A DNA stretch of 63,861 bases, filler included. It is 8 parts of 8 records of this genome, joined end to end, with 100 filler letters (N's around TTAATTAATTAA, not from the genome) between each part and the next. Parts side by side here need not be neighbours in the genome. Positions count along the whole stretch, not along the records: positions 27,073 to 33,912 come from SRR2962707_1206; positions 34,013 to 40,551 come from SRR2962707_1220; 6 more parts are not named here. One strand, 5' to 3'. The position numbers and the translations under genes were made by a program. Each line of letters starts with the position of its first letter. The stretch's first letter is position 1. The notes under the pieces were generated by a model. It searched no databases. It had not been told where the DNA came from and saw only the letters and a program-made list of their open reading frames with translations. This document shows, in pieces, positions 27,926 to 38,236 of this stretch.

Positions 27926-30900
27926 TTAAACGCTTGTTTTTGCAAGCAGCGACGCCAACTGTCCTTTTAAGTCAGCAAGTGTCTTGGCCTGCCTTTGAAC
28001 CACCATATCTTGTTCAGCATCTCTCTTGGCCATTTCAGCAAGGGTCTTCTCTTGCTGGGCGAGAGTCTTGGCCTGGACATCTTCGACTTCTCCCAGAGCG
28101 CGACGTCGCGAAACCAATGATGTTAAATCGATATCATTGATGAGCATTGATTCGGCGCAAATGTTGACGTCCTTTTCCATCCGCCCCGTACAGATAAAGC
28201 TTGAAAAGCCAAACGAAGCACCGAAATCCTGAGTGGCTTCGGCGCGGTAGCCAGCCGCCAGGGAATACCGTCCAAACGCTGTATTGCGAGAGCCGCCGAC
28301 AACCGTACCAAATCGGCCGGTCACGCGGTTCATAAAGCCTCCGGCCACAGACCCATAGTTTGACATCACGTATGACTTGTAGCCACCAGCAATGGACGCA
28401 TAGTCAGCCTTTGCAAAGTTGTACTGCCCTCCGCCCAAGGTCGTGTAGTTGCCTGTAACGGTGTTGTCAGACCCTCCGGCGAGCACGCTGGTGGCCTGGT
28501 TGAAGTTGTCGTTGGACGGCGCAATGGAATTGAGCTTCACGCCATTGTGGTAAAGTCCCTCCACTTTAGTACACATGTTCACGGTTCTGTCACCCATAGA
28601 ATAGCAGTTCTCTCCGGAAAATCCGAACGCAGCCGCATAGTCGTCTGTGACCTGTGCGAAAGTTCCCACGGCGTACGACATATATCCATTTGCAGAGTTC
28701 ATGTAGCCGCCACCAACTGCGCTGTATTTCCCGGACACAAAGTTCAGCTCTCCTCCGCTGATTGCGCCAAGTTCTCCAAACACTGTATTCGAATTGCCAC
28801 CACTGACAACAGAATAGTCACCAGTAACGTAGTTTTCACCGCCGCCACCAATTGAAGCATAGTCTCCTTCAACGCGATTTTCCTCACCACCAGACACCAC
28901 ATCATATGATCCATACAAAGTATTGTACCGACCACCCGCGATGGTAGCGGAGTATCCATAAATGAGCTGGTGCGAACCACCAACAATCACTGAATAATCT
29001 GCTTTGGCAATATTTTCTTGACCGCCACCAATGGCAGCATAACTTGCACCGGCGTTGTTCACGGCACCACCAGAGATGGCAACTCCGAGCTCACTGGCAT
29101 AGTTGGCGTACCCTCCAGCGACATGGCTCCAAGTTCCATGACATTGGTTGTATTGGCCCCCGCTGACACTGCTCCACGATCCATAGGCAGTGTTAAAGTT
29201 TCCGCCGTTGATGTTTGCTGCATATCCATAAATGTAGTTCAACTCACCCCCGGTGATATGCGAGTACGATGTGTAGATCTTGTTCTTGTAGCCCCCGTTG
29301 ATGCTGGTCGCATAGCCGTACTGATGGTTGTACTCGCCTCCCCCGATGTACTGGTAGCCAGAATCGCAAATATTGTTGGTCCCGCCCGTGATCGCAGAGT
29401 ATGACGAGTACACGGTGTTGAAAGCACCTCCGCTGATTCCAGACCCATACCCGTACATGTAGTTGCCAGCTCCGCCGCCAATTGTCGCTCGCTCAAGATA
29501 GATGTAATTCGATTCTCCGCCACCAATAGTGCTATACTGGTCAACGACCTTGTTGCCTTCACCACCAATTATTGCGGTATGGGTTGATGTAGCCGAGTTT
29601 CCTTTGCCACCCAACAGCGTGGAGTATTCACCTGTGGCGTACGTTGCATAGCCTCCGCCAACAAAGGTCTTTGGTCCCATGGCGTTTGCTGAGTAGCCAC
29701 CAGCAACAACAGAGTGTGCGCCGTTAGCAGAGTTTGCGGCTCCGCCTCCAACACTTCCACAATAGCCATACACATAGTTGCCAGAGCCCCCTGCAACAGC
29801 TGCGTAAGTGTTGGCAACATAGTTCCCAGAACCGCCACCAATAGTGGTATAAGAGGCATAAATTTTGTTTGTCGTGCCCCCTGCGATGACGTGACTGGTG
29901 CCGGACGCATAATTGGAGTAGCCACCAGCAATGGTTCCGTACGTTCCACGGCCGTGGTTGTACCAGCCGCCACCCACATGCCCCCAGCCGCCGTAAACAG
30001 AGTTGTACTGGCCGCCGCCAATGGTTCCACTGTACGAGAACATGTAGTTGGTGTAACCTCCAGCAATGGTAGCATACCAAGCGCCATACTGGAAGTTCGA
30101 GTACCCACCTCCAATTGTGCTTTCTGGGCCCAACACGGTGTTGTCGTAGCCACCGCTGATAGTTCCCCAATCTCCACCAGTCTCCAGGTGATTGTCCATG
30201 CCACCACCACAGGTGGACCATTCCCCCTCTGCAGTATTGGAGTCACCGCCCCCAATTGATGCTGCGTAAGCACTGATGCGATTGGACAGGCCACTATTGA
30301 TGGTTGCGTGAGGAGCATAAATCCGGTTATTGCTTCCTCCATTGATGCTGTCATACGAAGAAAACGCATCATTGTCGTTGCCACCGTTGACATTGCTGCG
30401 ATACCCGGAGCAGTAGTTGTACTGGCCACCGCTCACCGTGCTCCAGTCTGCCGAGGCCCAATTGTAAAGCCCACCAGTTACAGTGGTTTCCTCGCCCATT
30501 GAACGAGAATATTGCCCGCCACCCATCGCGGAGGCATAACCATACGCAGAGTTTCCGTAGCCGCCAGCAACAGTGGCACCGTAGGAATAGATGTAACCGA
30601 AAGCCCCTCCGCCGAGAGTCGACCACTTTGAGTAGACATACGAGTTGTAGCCACCATGAATTGTTGCATACATTCCGTAGTTCCAGTTGAGGTAGCCACC
30701 GCTAATTGTGCTCCATGTACTGTACAGACGGTTGTACTTTCCACCAGTGACTGTGGACCAGGCACCGTAGGCAGAACTGTACATACCACCCGCGATGGTG
30801 GCAGCGGTGTTGTAAATGTAACTGTTGTGCCCCCCGGCAATAACAGCATGCGCAACGTAGACGTAGTTGGACTGTCCACCGCCAACTGTGCTGTAGCTGC

Positions 30901-33586
30901 TGTACACTCCGTTGTAAGCACCGCCGCCAATGGTCCCATGATACGTTGACGCATAGTTGTAGCCTCCGCCGCCAACGCTCGCCCACTGCCCTGATGCCCA
31001 GTTCCAGTGTCCGCCGGTGATCGCTGCACCCTCAGACATCGACTTCGAGTACCATCCTCCACCCACAAACGTGTATGAAGAATAGCCGGAATTGTACATA
31101 CCACCTGCGATGGTCGACGAGTAACCATAAATGACACCTGCGTGGCCAGTCGGGATGGTGGTGTACGCAGAATACACCCGGTTCGAGGTACCACCACCAA
31201 CCAAACTCCAACTGCTGTACACACGGTTGCTGATACCACCTCCGAGAAGTGCAGCGGTCGCACTCACGTATTGGTCATGACCACCTCCGATGGCTGTCCA
31301 TCCCCCAAAGCAGTGATTGTACCACCCACCACCAACACTGCCCCAATGCCCATACACGCTGTTGTACTGGCCACCACCGATTGCTGCAGCATATGCGTAT
31401 GTGTAGTGGTTGTGCCCACCACCAATGTGCACGAACAAGTCACGATTGGCCCAGTTGTAACTTCCACCACCGATGGAGTTGTACGCACCGTAGTTCCAGT
31501 TCCACCAGCCGCCGCCAATGACAGAGCGACTGCCGTACATTTTTTGATACCATCCACCACCAACGCCACTCCAACTCCCGTAAGCTGAGCAGTACATACC
31601 CCCTCCGACAGTGGCAGCGTACGAGTAGACGTACGAGTTGTGACCTCCTGCGATCGCTGTAAACGGTGCGTACACGTAGTTGGACTGGCCACCTCCCACA
31701 AGCGAGTACGATCCATAGGCACCATTGTACGCGCCGCCATTAACGGTCGCACGGAGCCCTCCTGCGTTGTTGTAGCCGCCACTCATGGACACTGAAGCTT
31801 CACCCCCAGCATACCCATAGTGGCCAACGCCAACGTTCGACCAGGAGCCCATGGCGCGGCTGTACCAGCCACCTCCAACAGCACCAGCGAGCCCGTAAAC
31901 AGAGTTGTACATGCCACCGCCGATGCTGGCACCGTAAGCGTAAATATAGGAATTGTGAGGTCCAGCCATGGATGACATTTCAGAGTAGATATAGTTCGAT
32001 TGGCCACCCCCGATCACACTGTACGGACTGTAGATGCGATTGAGCGACCCTGCGTTAATAGAACTCCATGTACCACTTGCCGCATTGTAGCCACCAGCCC
32101 CAACCACCGTGGCAGTTCCGTAAGCCCAGTTCCACATTCCTCCACCAATCGACGAATAGGCTCCCCACGCATGTGTGCTATAGCCAGAGAGCGCCGTTCC
32201 TGAAGACCCATATACGCTGTTGTACATACCTCCTCCAATGGTTCCCGCATACGAGTAAACGTAGTGGTTGTGGCCTCCGGCAATCGTCATGTAGTTTGCG
32301 CCATACATCCAGTGGTTGGTACCGCCACCAATTGTTGAGTATGGCGAGTAGTTCCAATTGTAGTAGCCGCCACCAATATGGCCCCAGCTCTTGTACATGC
32401 GATTCCACTTTCCGCCGCCAACGGTTCCTTGGGGGCCGTAAATGCTGTTGGACATTCCGCCCCCCACGGTGCCAGCGTAGGCATAGATGTAACTGCTGTG
32501 TCCACCCATAGTACTCCAACCAGCACCGACCCAATTTGACTGCCCCCCGTTGACAGTTGCTGCGTATGCGTACACCTTGTTGTACGCACCCCCAGTAATT
32601 GTACTCATGGTAGCGTAGGCATAGTTGTAGCCTCCACCTCCAACGGTGCTCCAAGCACCACCTGTCCAGTTATCATAACCTCCGCCCGTGAAAGACCATG
32701 ACGACATTGCGTTGTTGTAGTGACCACCGCCTGTGCGCGATTGGTGTCCGTAGGCCGAGTTGTACATGCCACCACCAACAGAGGACGCGTACGTGTACAC
32801 ATAATGGTTGTGCCCACCGGAGATGGTTCCGTACTTCGCATTTGTGTTGTAAAGCCAGTTGCTGGTCCCGCCCCCGATCACACCGTTGACCTGATAGTTG
32901 CGGTTGAAATACCCGCCTCCAATGTGGCCAGCGGTGTTGCCGATAAGGTTCTTCCACCCCCCACCGAGTGTAGAGTAGCCACCCCTGCATGTGTTGTACC
33001 AACCGCCTCCCAGACTGCCGTATCCACCACTCACGGTGTTGTATTGGCCACCAGCAATGGTGCCTCCGTACGAGTAGACGTAGTTGTTGTGCCCACCACC
33101 AATCGTAGCATATGCACCCCAGTTCCAATTCCAAGCCCCGCCTCCAATCACGGCATACTTATTGTACATCCAGTTGTATGCCCCGCCGCCAACGACGGCA
33201 TAAGCTCCCCAGTTGTGGTTGTACCACCCACCGCCTGTTGTACTTGCGTACCCTTTTGCGGAGTTGTACATGCCACCTCCGACTGTGGCGGCGAACGCGT
33301 AGGCATAGTTATTGTGGCCGCCAACAATTGTACTCCAATGGCCATCCGCGCGGCTTGAGCTTCCTCCGCCGACAGTGGACCAGGATCCCCACGCACCGTT
33401 ATACATACCGCCAGATGTTGTAGCACCGACGTTGTACGCGATGTTGCCATATCCACCGTTCACGGTTGCGGTTGTGCTGTAGGCAACATTGTATCTCCCA
33501 CCACCTATAACTCCAGCCGCAACAGAGGCGGTGCCAATAGCCAGGCATAGCAACACGGACAGCGAACGCTTCACAATTGAAGCCAT
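27926..33586 (-). CDS. Secreted 1886-aa Gly/Tyr/Asn-rich repeat protein (predicted beta-solenoid fibre, YadA-head-like repeats) with C-terminal coiled coil; intronless
   Basis: Signal-peptide-like N-terminus MASIVKRSLSVLLCLAIGTASVAA; about 107 + 5 repeats of xGGxxNxxxGxxSx(V/I); two similar Cys-containing cap modules; RRRAL; heptad-like tail. Repeats are diverged at DNA level while the ORF stays open for 5.6 kb. Confidence 0.88.
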   Translation of the reverse strand: MASIVKRSLSVLLCLAIGTASVAAGVIGGGRYNVAYSTTATVNGGYGNIAYNVGATTSGGMYNGAWGSWSTVGGGSSSRADGHWSTIVGGHNNYAYAFAATVGGGMYNSAKGYASTTGGGWYNHNWGAYAVVGGGAYNWMYNKYAVIGGGAWNWNWGAYATIGGGHNNYVYSYGGTIAGGQYNTVSGGYGSLGGGWYNTCRGGYSTLGGGWKNLIGNTAGHIGGGYFNRNYQVNGVIGGGTSNWLYNTNAKYGTISGGHNHYVYTYASSVGGGMYNSAYGHQSRTGGGHYNNAMSSWSFTGGGYDNWTGGAWSTVGGGGYNYAYATMSTITGGAYNKVYAYAATVNGGQSNWVGAGWSTMGGHSSYIYAYAGTVGGGMSNSIYGPQGTVGGGKWNRMYKSWGHIGGGYYNWNYSPYSTIGGGTNHWMYGANYMTIAGGHNHYVYSYAGTIGGGMYNSVYGSSGTALSGYSTHAWGAYSSIGGGMWNWAYGTATVVGAGGYNAASGTWSSINAGSLNRIYSPYSVIGGGQSNYIYSEMSSMAGPHNSYIYAYGASIGGGMYNSVYGLAGAVGGGWYSRAMGSWSNVGVGHYGYAGGEASVSMSGGYNNAGGLRATVNGGAYNGAYGSYSLVGGGQSNYVYAPFTAIAGGHNSYVYSYAATVGGGMYCSAYGSWSGVGGGWYQKMYGSRSVIGGGWWNWNYGAYNSIGGGSYNWANRDLFVHIGGGHNHYTYAYAAAIGGGQYNSVYGHWGSVGGGWYNHCFGGWTAIGGGHDQYVSATAALLGGGISNRVYSSWSLVGGGTSNRVYSAYTTIPTGHAGVIYGYSSTIAGGMYNSGYSSYTFVGGGWYSKSMSEGAAITGGHWNWASGQWASVGGGGYNYASTYHGTIGGGAYNGVYSSYSTVGGGQSNYVYVAHAVIAGGHNSYIYNTAATIAGGMYSSAYGAWSTVTGGKYNRLYSTWSTISGGYLNWNYGMYATIHGGYNSYVYSKWSTLGGGAFGYIYSYGATVAGGYGNSAYGYASAMGGGQYSRSMGEETTVTGGLYNWASADWSTVSGGQYNYCSGYRSNVNGGNDNDAFSSYDSINGGSNNRIYAPHATINSGLSNRISAYAASIGGGDSNTAEGEWSTCGGGMDNHLETGGDWGTISGGYDNTVLGPESTIGGGYSNFQYGAWYATIAGGYTNYMFSYSGTIGGGQYNSVYGGWGHVGGGWYNHGRGTYGTIAGGYSNYASGTSHVIAGGTTNKIYASYTTIGGGSGNYVANTYAAVAGGSGNYVYGYCGSVGGGAANSANGAHSVVAGGYSANAMGPKTFVGGGYATYATGEYSTLLGGKGNSATSTHTAIIGGEGNKVVDQYSTIGGGESNYIYLERATIGGGAGNYMYGYGSGISGGAFNTVYSSYSAITGGTNNICDSGYQYIGGGEYNHQYGYATSINGGYKNKIYTSYSHITGGELNYIYGYAANINGGNFNTAYGSWSSVSGGQYNQCHGTWSHVAGGYANYASELGVAISGGAVNNAGASYAAIGGGQENIAKADYSVIVGGSHQLIYGYSATIAGGRYNTLYGSYDVVSGGEENRVEGDYASIGGGGENYVTGDYSVVSGGNSNTVFGELGAISGGELNFVSGKYSAVGGGYMNSANGYMSYAVGTFAQVTDDYAAAFGFSGENCYSMGDRTVNMCTKVEGLYHNGVKLNSIAPSNDNFNQATSVLAGGSDNTVTGNYTTLGGGQYNFAKADYASIAGGYKSYVMSNYGSVAGGFMNRVTGRFGTVVGGSRNTAFGRYSLAAGYRAEATQDFGASFGFSSFICTGRMEKDVNICAESMLINDIDLTSLVSRRRALGEVEDVQAKTLAQQEKTLAEMAKRDAEQDMVVQRQAKTLADLKGQLASLLAKTSV

Positions 33587-33912
33587 GGCTCGCTGCGCGC
33601 CTCAGCCCAAGCTCACCGGCGACCAGCCACTACGTTTCTGATTCTGTGCTTCCAATGCAACAGTGCCAACGAGTCTTGGCCCAAAGTCGGTCTTTTTCTT
33701 TTAACAATGGCAACGATGCCAGGAACTTTGCCTGAAAATCCTAAGAAACTTTTACACGCCCATTCAGACGGAACCCTGCAACGCGATGCTTTAAGTCAGT
33801 GAACTTTGCGGTTGACCCATGGCACGTTGCCGAAATCCGATGACACAAACGCGAACATGGAGTGCGACTGGCTCGCCGCTCAATAACCAAACTCCACACG
33901 AACAATCGTTCG

Positions 33913-34012
33913 NNNNNNNNNNNNNNNNNNNNNNNNNNNNNNNNNNNNNNNNNNNNTTAATTAATTAANNNNNNNNNNNNNNNNNNNNNNNNNNNNNNNN
34001 NNNNNNNNNNNN
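33913..34012. other. Artificial contig linker
   Basis: 44 N + TTAATTAATTAA + 44 N. Confidence 0.98.
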
Positions 34013-34232
34013 GTTGTTGTTGCTGCTGCTGCTGCTGCTTTTTGTGGGGGCGGACTGGATATGCAGCCCTCTGTATTCGTCTCTGCTTCTTCGGTTTCTC
34101 GTGTGTGCGCGCACCATCTCCTGCATTTAGGCGAAAAAGAAGCCGCTTGATTGACCTTTTGAGAAGCACCTTCAATCGGATATGCGCCAAAGCTAATCAA
34201 CAGCCCGTGTTGGCGTCTTCGCACGCTCAACG

Positions 34233-37200
34233 ATGACGACCACGCACGTCTCGCAGACACGCTCCGATAGTGGTGGTCACAAGGTGCGAACGAAAATGGA
34301 CTGATTGAGCTTGCTGCGCTGTGCTGGCGAACAACATTTTTTTGTCAAGCCACTTTTTCGTTGCGGGGTGCATTGTTGTAGTTCTCAATGTTGGGGGGAA
34401 TTTGTTTTAATATCTCTCCCTGAATTTGTTTTGCTGCTTCTGCTGCTGTTGCTGCTGTTGTTGGTGGTGGCGCTGATACTGTTGCGGTGCGTCTGCCTGC
34501 AACTACGTGTGCGTGCAGCCGATATTTGAACTCGAAAACGACTATTTCGCAACGTCTCGGGATCATCATCAGCAGAGCCCGCGAGGTGGCTTGTTCTCAC
34601 CAACGGAGACGAGAAAAGAAAGGTCGACAGGGATCCAGGAAAGCGTTCCCAAAGCAGCTGGACGACGGCGGAGCAACAGTGATGGGAGTAGTCCGAGGAA
34701 CAACGGCAGCCCCATTAATAGCGAGGCAAAGTTTGCCTCGTTATTTTCACCAGATTTGTCAAGTAGTGAAAAGGCCCGAGATCTACGGACTCGCTCCGAA
34801 GGAGCACCGGAGGATTATGCGCCAACCTCCTCTGTAGCGATTCCTACCGCCGCTGCAGATTCAAACCAGACAGAAACGAGCAACAACACTGGTGAGACAA
34901 CTGCTGCAGGTCACTACGGCGCTTCCCTTGACACGTTCCAACTTGGGACGCCTGCCGAAAAGTCGTCGGTGCTATTAAGTCAACAACGGGACCGAACGAC
35001 GTCTTTGAACTTTCGCCAACCCTCGACAGACAGTGCCACAATTGCGGCGGGCTTAGGGCCAGGTGCTGGGCGTTCGGAAGCATCGAGTGCCAGAATACGG
35101 AAAAATACGCCACACGTTCGCAGTCCTTCGACGAGGAGTGAAGTTGGTGCTTCAGAGAGGACAGCTGCTTCAGTAAATGGCGACGATGCGGCTCTTGCGA
35201 GTAGTGAGGCTGGCCCCACCAGTGATGCTGGTAGCAATGGGTATCACCTTGCGGCGTTCCCTGGGGATCTGTCGCCTACCCAACAAAGGTCCTTGAGCTC
35301 ACGTGATCTTACTTCCTATTTTGGTGTGCAGCCGCGAAGCCGTCAAACATCTCGGTCAGTTAGTAACACTTCGCCGTCGTCAGCTCAAGCTGCCGCGGTT
35401 GTTGCAGCCAACATTGGGATGCGTGCACGTGTTCCTTCCGTACGCGACATCATTGCAGCCAAAGACATCTCCGCTACCACGCCACTTTTTCATCAAATGT
35501 ACGATGGTGAAAGGCTTTCCCCGAAGCCACAGTCATCGCCAAATTTGGCGCGCCTGAACCGCACGCATCACGTCAACCGCAGTGCTTCGGACGGACCCTC
35601 GTTGTACCGCAACGATGGCGCTGGAGGCCCAGCGGCAGCGGCCGCTGCAGCAAATGCTGCAGCACGTGCACGCGGTGCCGGTGGCGGAGGCAGCGCCATG
35701 ATTCCCCGAAGTGGCAGCGCTGTGGACTTTGGAGCTGCCGGTGCGCGCAGTCGAGCAAGAGGAAAAAGCAGCAGCCAACTTAGTCTTAGCGATGCAAAAC
35801 AAGCTTTATACCAGCAAAGCGTGTCGGGAATTTTGATCAAGCGTGGTTTCGGTGGGCTACAGCGCTGGAGACCGAGGTTTTTTGCGCTGCGCGGCCGCAT
35901 CTTAAGCTACTACACCTCGCAGGCAGCGGCCTTGCGCGCTCCCGGACGGCCTCGTGGACAGCTCGAAATTCAAAAGTTGACAAGAATCCGGCGATGTTCA
36001 TACGGTCCTGACCGTCAATTTGGCATTGAAGTACTGCCGCCCCCAGTGCATCCACGTCCACCACCTGTGCCTGAAGAAGAGAAAGCCAGAAATGAAGGTG
36101 CTGGTGGTATCAATGGCAGCGGTGGCAGCGCTGGCGGGCACAACGGTACTGCACCAAGCCGACCCCGAGCAGCCAGCACAAATCGGACAAGGCGTGGTTC
36201 TCAAGTAAAACAACCGAAGCAGCCCCCGCCATGGATGATGGTGGCACGGCACGAGGCGGAAAGGACCGCGTGGCTCGAAAAGCTTGTAGCTGTGATCCGA
36301 CTCATTGAGCGGGTGGAAGAGCCAGCGACCCTCCGTGGCCTTGGCAGCGTTCACGATCATTTCAAAATGGGAAAATTCCTCGGCAAGGGCCGGTTTGGTG
36401 TAGTGCGCATGTGCACGCACCATCTCTCGGACAAGGTGTTTGCAATCAAAATCATCAACAAAAACAAAAAGCGTCTAGTGTCCCAGATGTCGTCAAACAA
36501 GCACCTAACTGTGGATGCTCTCGACGCTACCTTGCAAAATGAGCTTCGAGTTTTGCGCTGCATCAAACAGCGTATTGGCACAAAGAGCCCATTCCTTTGC
36601 AACACATATGAGGTATACGAGGATAGTCACCTCGTGTGCATCGTGATGGAGTACCTTCCGGGCGGCGATCTATTTGATGCCATTATCCGTCACGGTAACT
36701 TTCAGGAATTGGACGCTGCTCGTATTGCTTTGCAGCTGACATCAGGGCTAAAGTCGCTCCACTGGGCGGGTGTCATCCATCGTGATATGAAGCCAGAAAA
36801 TATCCTTTTTACGGCCGCGCGTCCAGACTCTGGTGCGATGAACGTGAAAATAGCGGACTTTGGTTGCAGTCTTCTCATGTCCAATAAGAAAAAGGCGAGA
36901 CTGAGCCGCGGGACGACAACTTATTTGAAGCTGCGGCAGATTGTTGGAACCCCTGGATACATGAGCCCAGAAGTCCTGGAACATGGGCACTATGGTCCAC
37001 CCTGCGATGTTTTTGCCGTTGGTGTAATCTTGTACGTAATGCCGGCCCTGTTCAAACTTGATGAGCTTCATTTGAGTGTTCTGCACTTTCTGCCGGTCCC
37101 AAATTTGCCGAATGTGTTGCGTATCCCGTGGTCTGATGTACTTGCTGCCTTCGTGCCCGGATCGGTTGAATACCTGTGATGGTATCGCGCCCCCAATTGT

Positions 37201-38178
37201 CCTCACCAATCCCCACAGGTACATCATGTTGGTTGGGTACCCTCCTTTTTGGGGAAAAACGAACGAGGAAATTTTTGCGCGCACCAAAAGTGGCAAGGTG
37301 AATTTCTTCAAGTCCGATTGGATCCACATTTCCTCCTCGGCGCGCCGGGTTTGCCGTGGAATGCTTAAGCTGGACCCTGACGAACGCTTAACTCCTGGGG
37401 AAGTGCTCGAGAATAGTTGGATCCTGAACCCACCACGCGGCACAGGGATCACCGCTGTACCCGAGCGCATTAAGATTCTGGATCAGATGCGGCGCGAACA
37501 AAAGGCCAGCACAGCTGCTTCGGATGTTCCGAAAACAGCTGCTGACTCTGCCCTTACAGGTCACTCTGTAGCACCTACTACGGCATCAAATACGCTGGTC
37601 ACTGCTGATGCCGCGCCTAGCACGGATGGTGGAATCAAAACGACAGGCGAAACGACCAAAGCCTCTTTGGTTGAGGGTGATAGCAACATGTCGTTGACGT
37701 GTGAAGCACAAGTTGGCGGAGAACCTACTTCAGGTGCACCTGTAGCAGACACAACATTGAATGTTAAACCAGGCAAGGCAGATACACCCGCAATGGGGGA
37801 CGCATTGGACGATCAACCCGGCCCGCTTCCAAGCACACCGCCGGGTTCTGGCACAAACGACATGTCTCCCCTCCAAATGGGCTCAGGTGCAACGCTCTTC
37901 ACCCAGGTTCGAGTTGCTGCTGTCCTGTCGACTTCAGCCAATCCAGGCACCACGCTTTGTGCTGTTGAAGGTTGCATTACACTGATGCGTGTGTGTTGCT
38001 GTTTGCTTGGCGGTTGTGGCAGGATGCAATCAAACTTATTCGAACGGCAACACCTCGAGTGTCTCGCCGGTTTCAAGTGGGTGAAGATGCCGCGAGTGAA
38101 GAAGATGATGCCGACAAGGAGGTGGTTGACGACGAAGAGCTTGATGATGCACTTGTGTATGACGAGATGACTGTGTAA
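34233..38178 (+). CDS. PH-domain CAMK-family Ser/Thr kinase (4 exons)
   Basis: PH: SGILIKRG..WRPRFFALRGRILSYY..GQLEI..ERTAWLEKL. Kinase: LGKGRFGVV, FAIK, VMEYLPGGDLFD, HRDMKPEN, KIADFG, GTPGYMSPE, GVILYIMLVGYPPF (across intron 37032-37218). First exon (ATG 34233, AAG|GT) is inferred from an in-frame splice. Confidence 0.9.
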
Positions 38179-38236
38179 AGATTTGTGGGATGGCATACCG
38201 ACGGATTAAAAAATTCAATTATTCCCTGTGAGCATG

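Noticed and set aside
28700-33500. CRISPR-like or DNA-level tandem array with about 45-nt period (ccaccacc/ccgcc motifs)
   Set aside because: The periodicity comes from Gly-Gly codons of a protein repeat; there are no identical DNA repeats with spacers and no cas genes.
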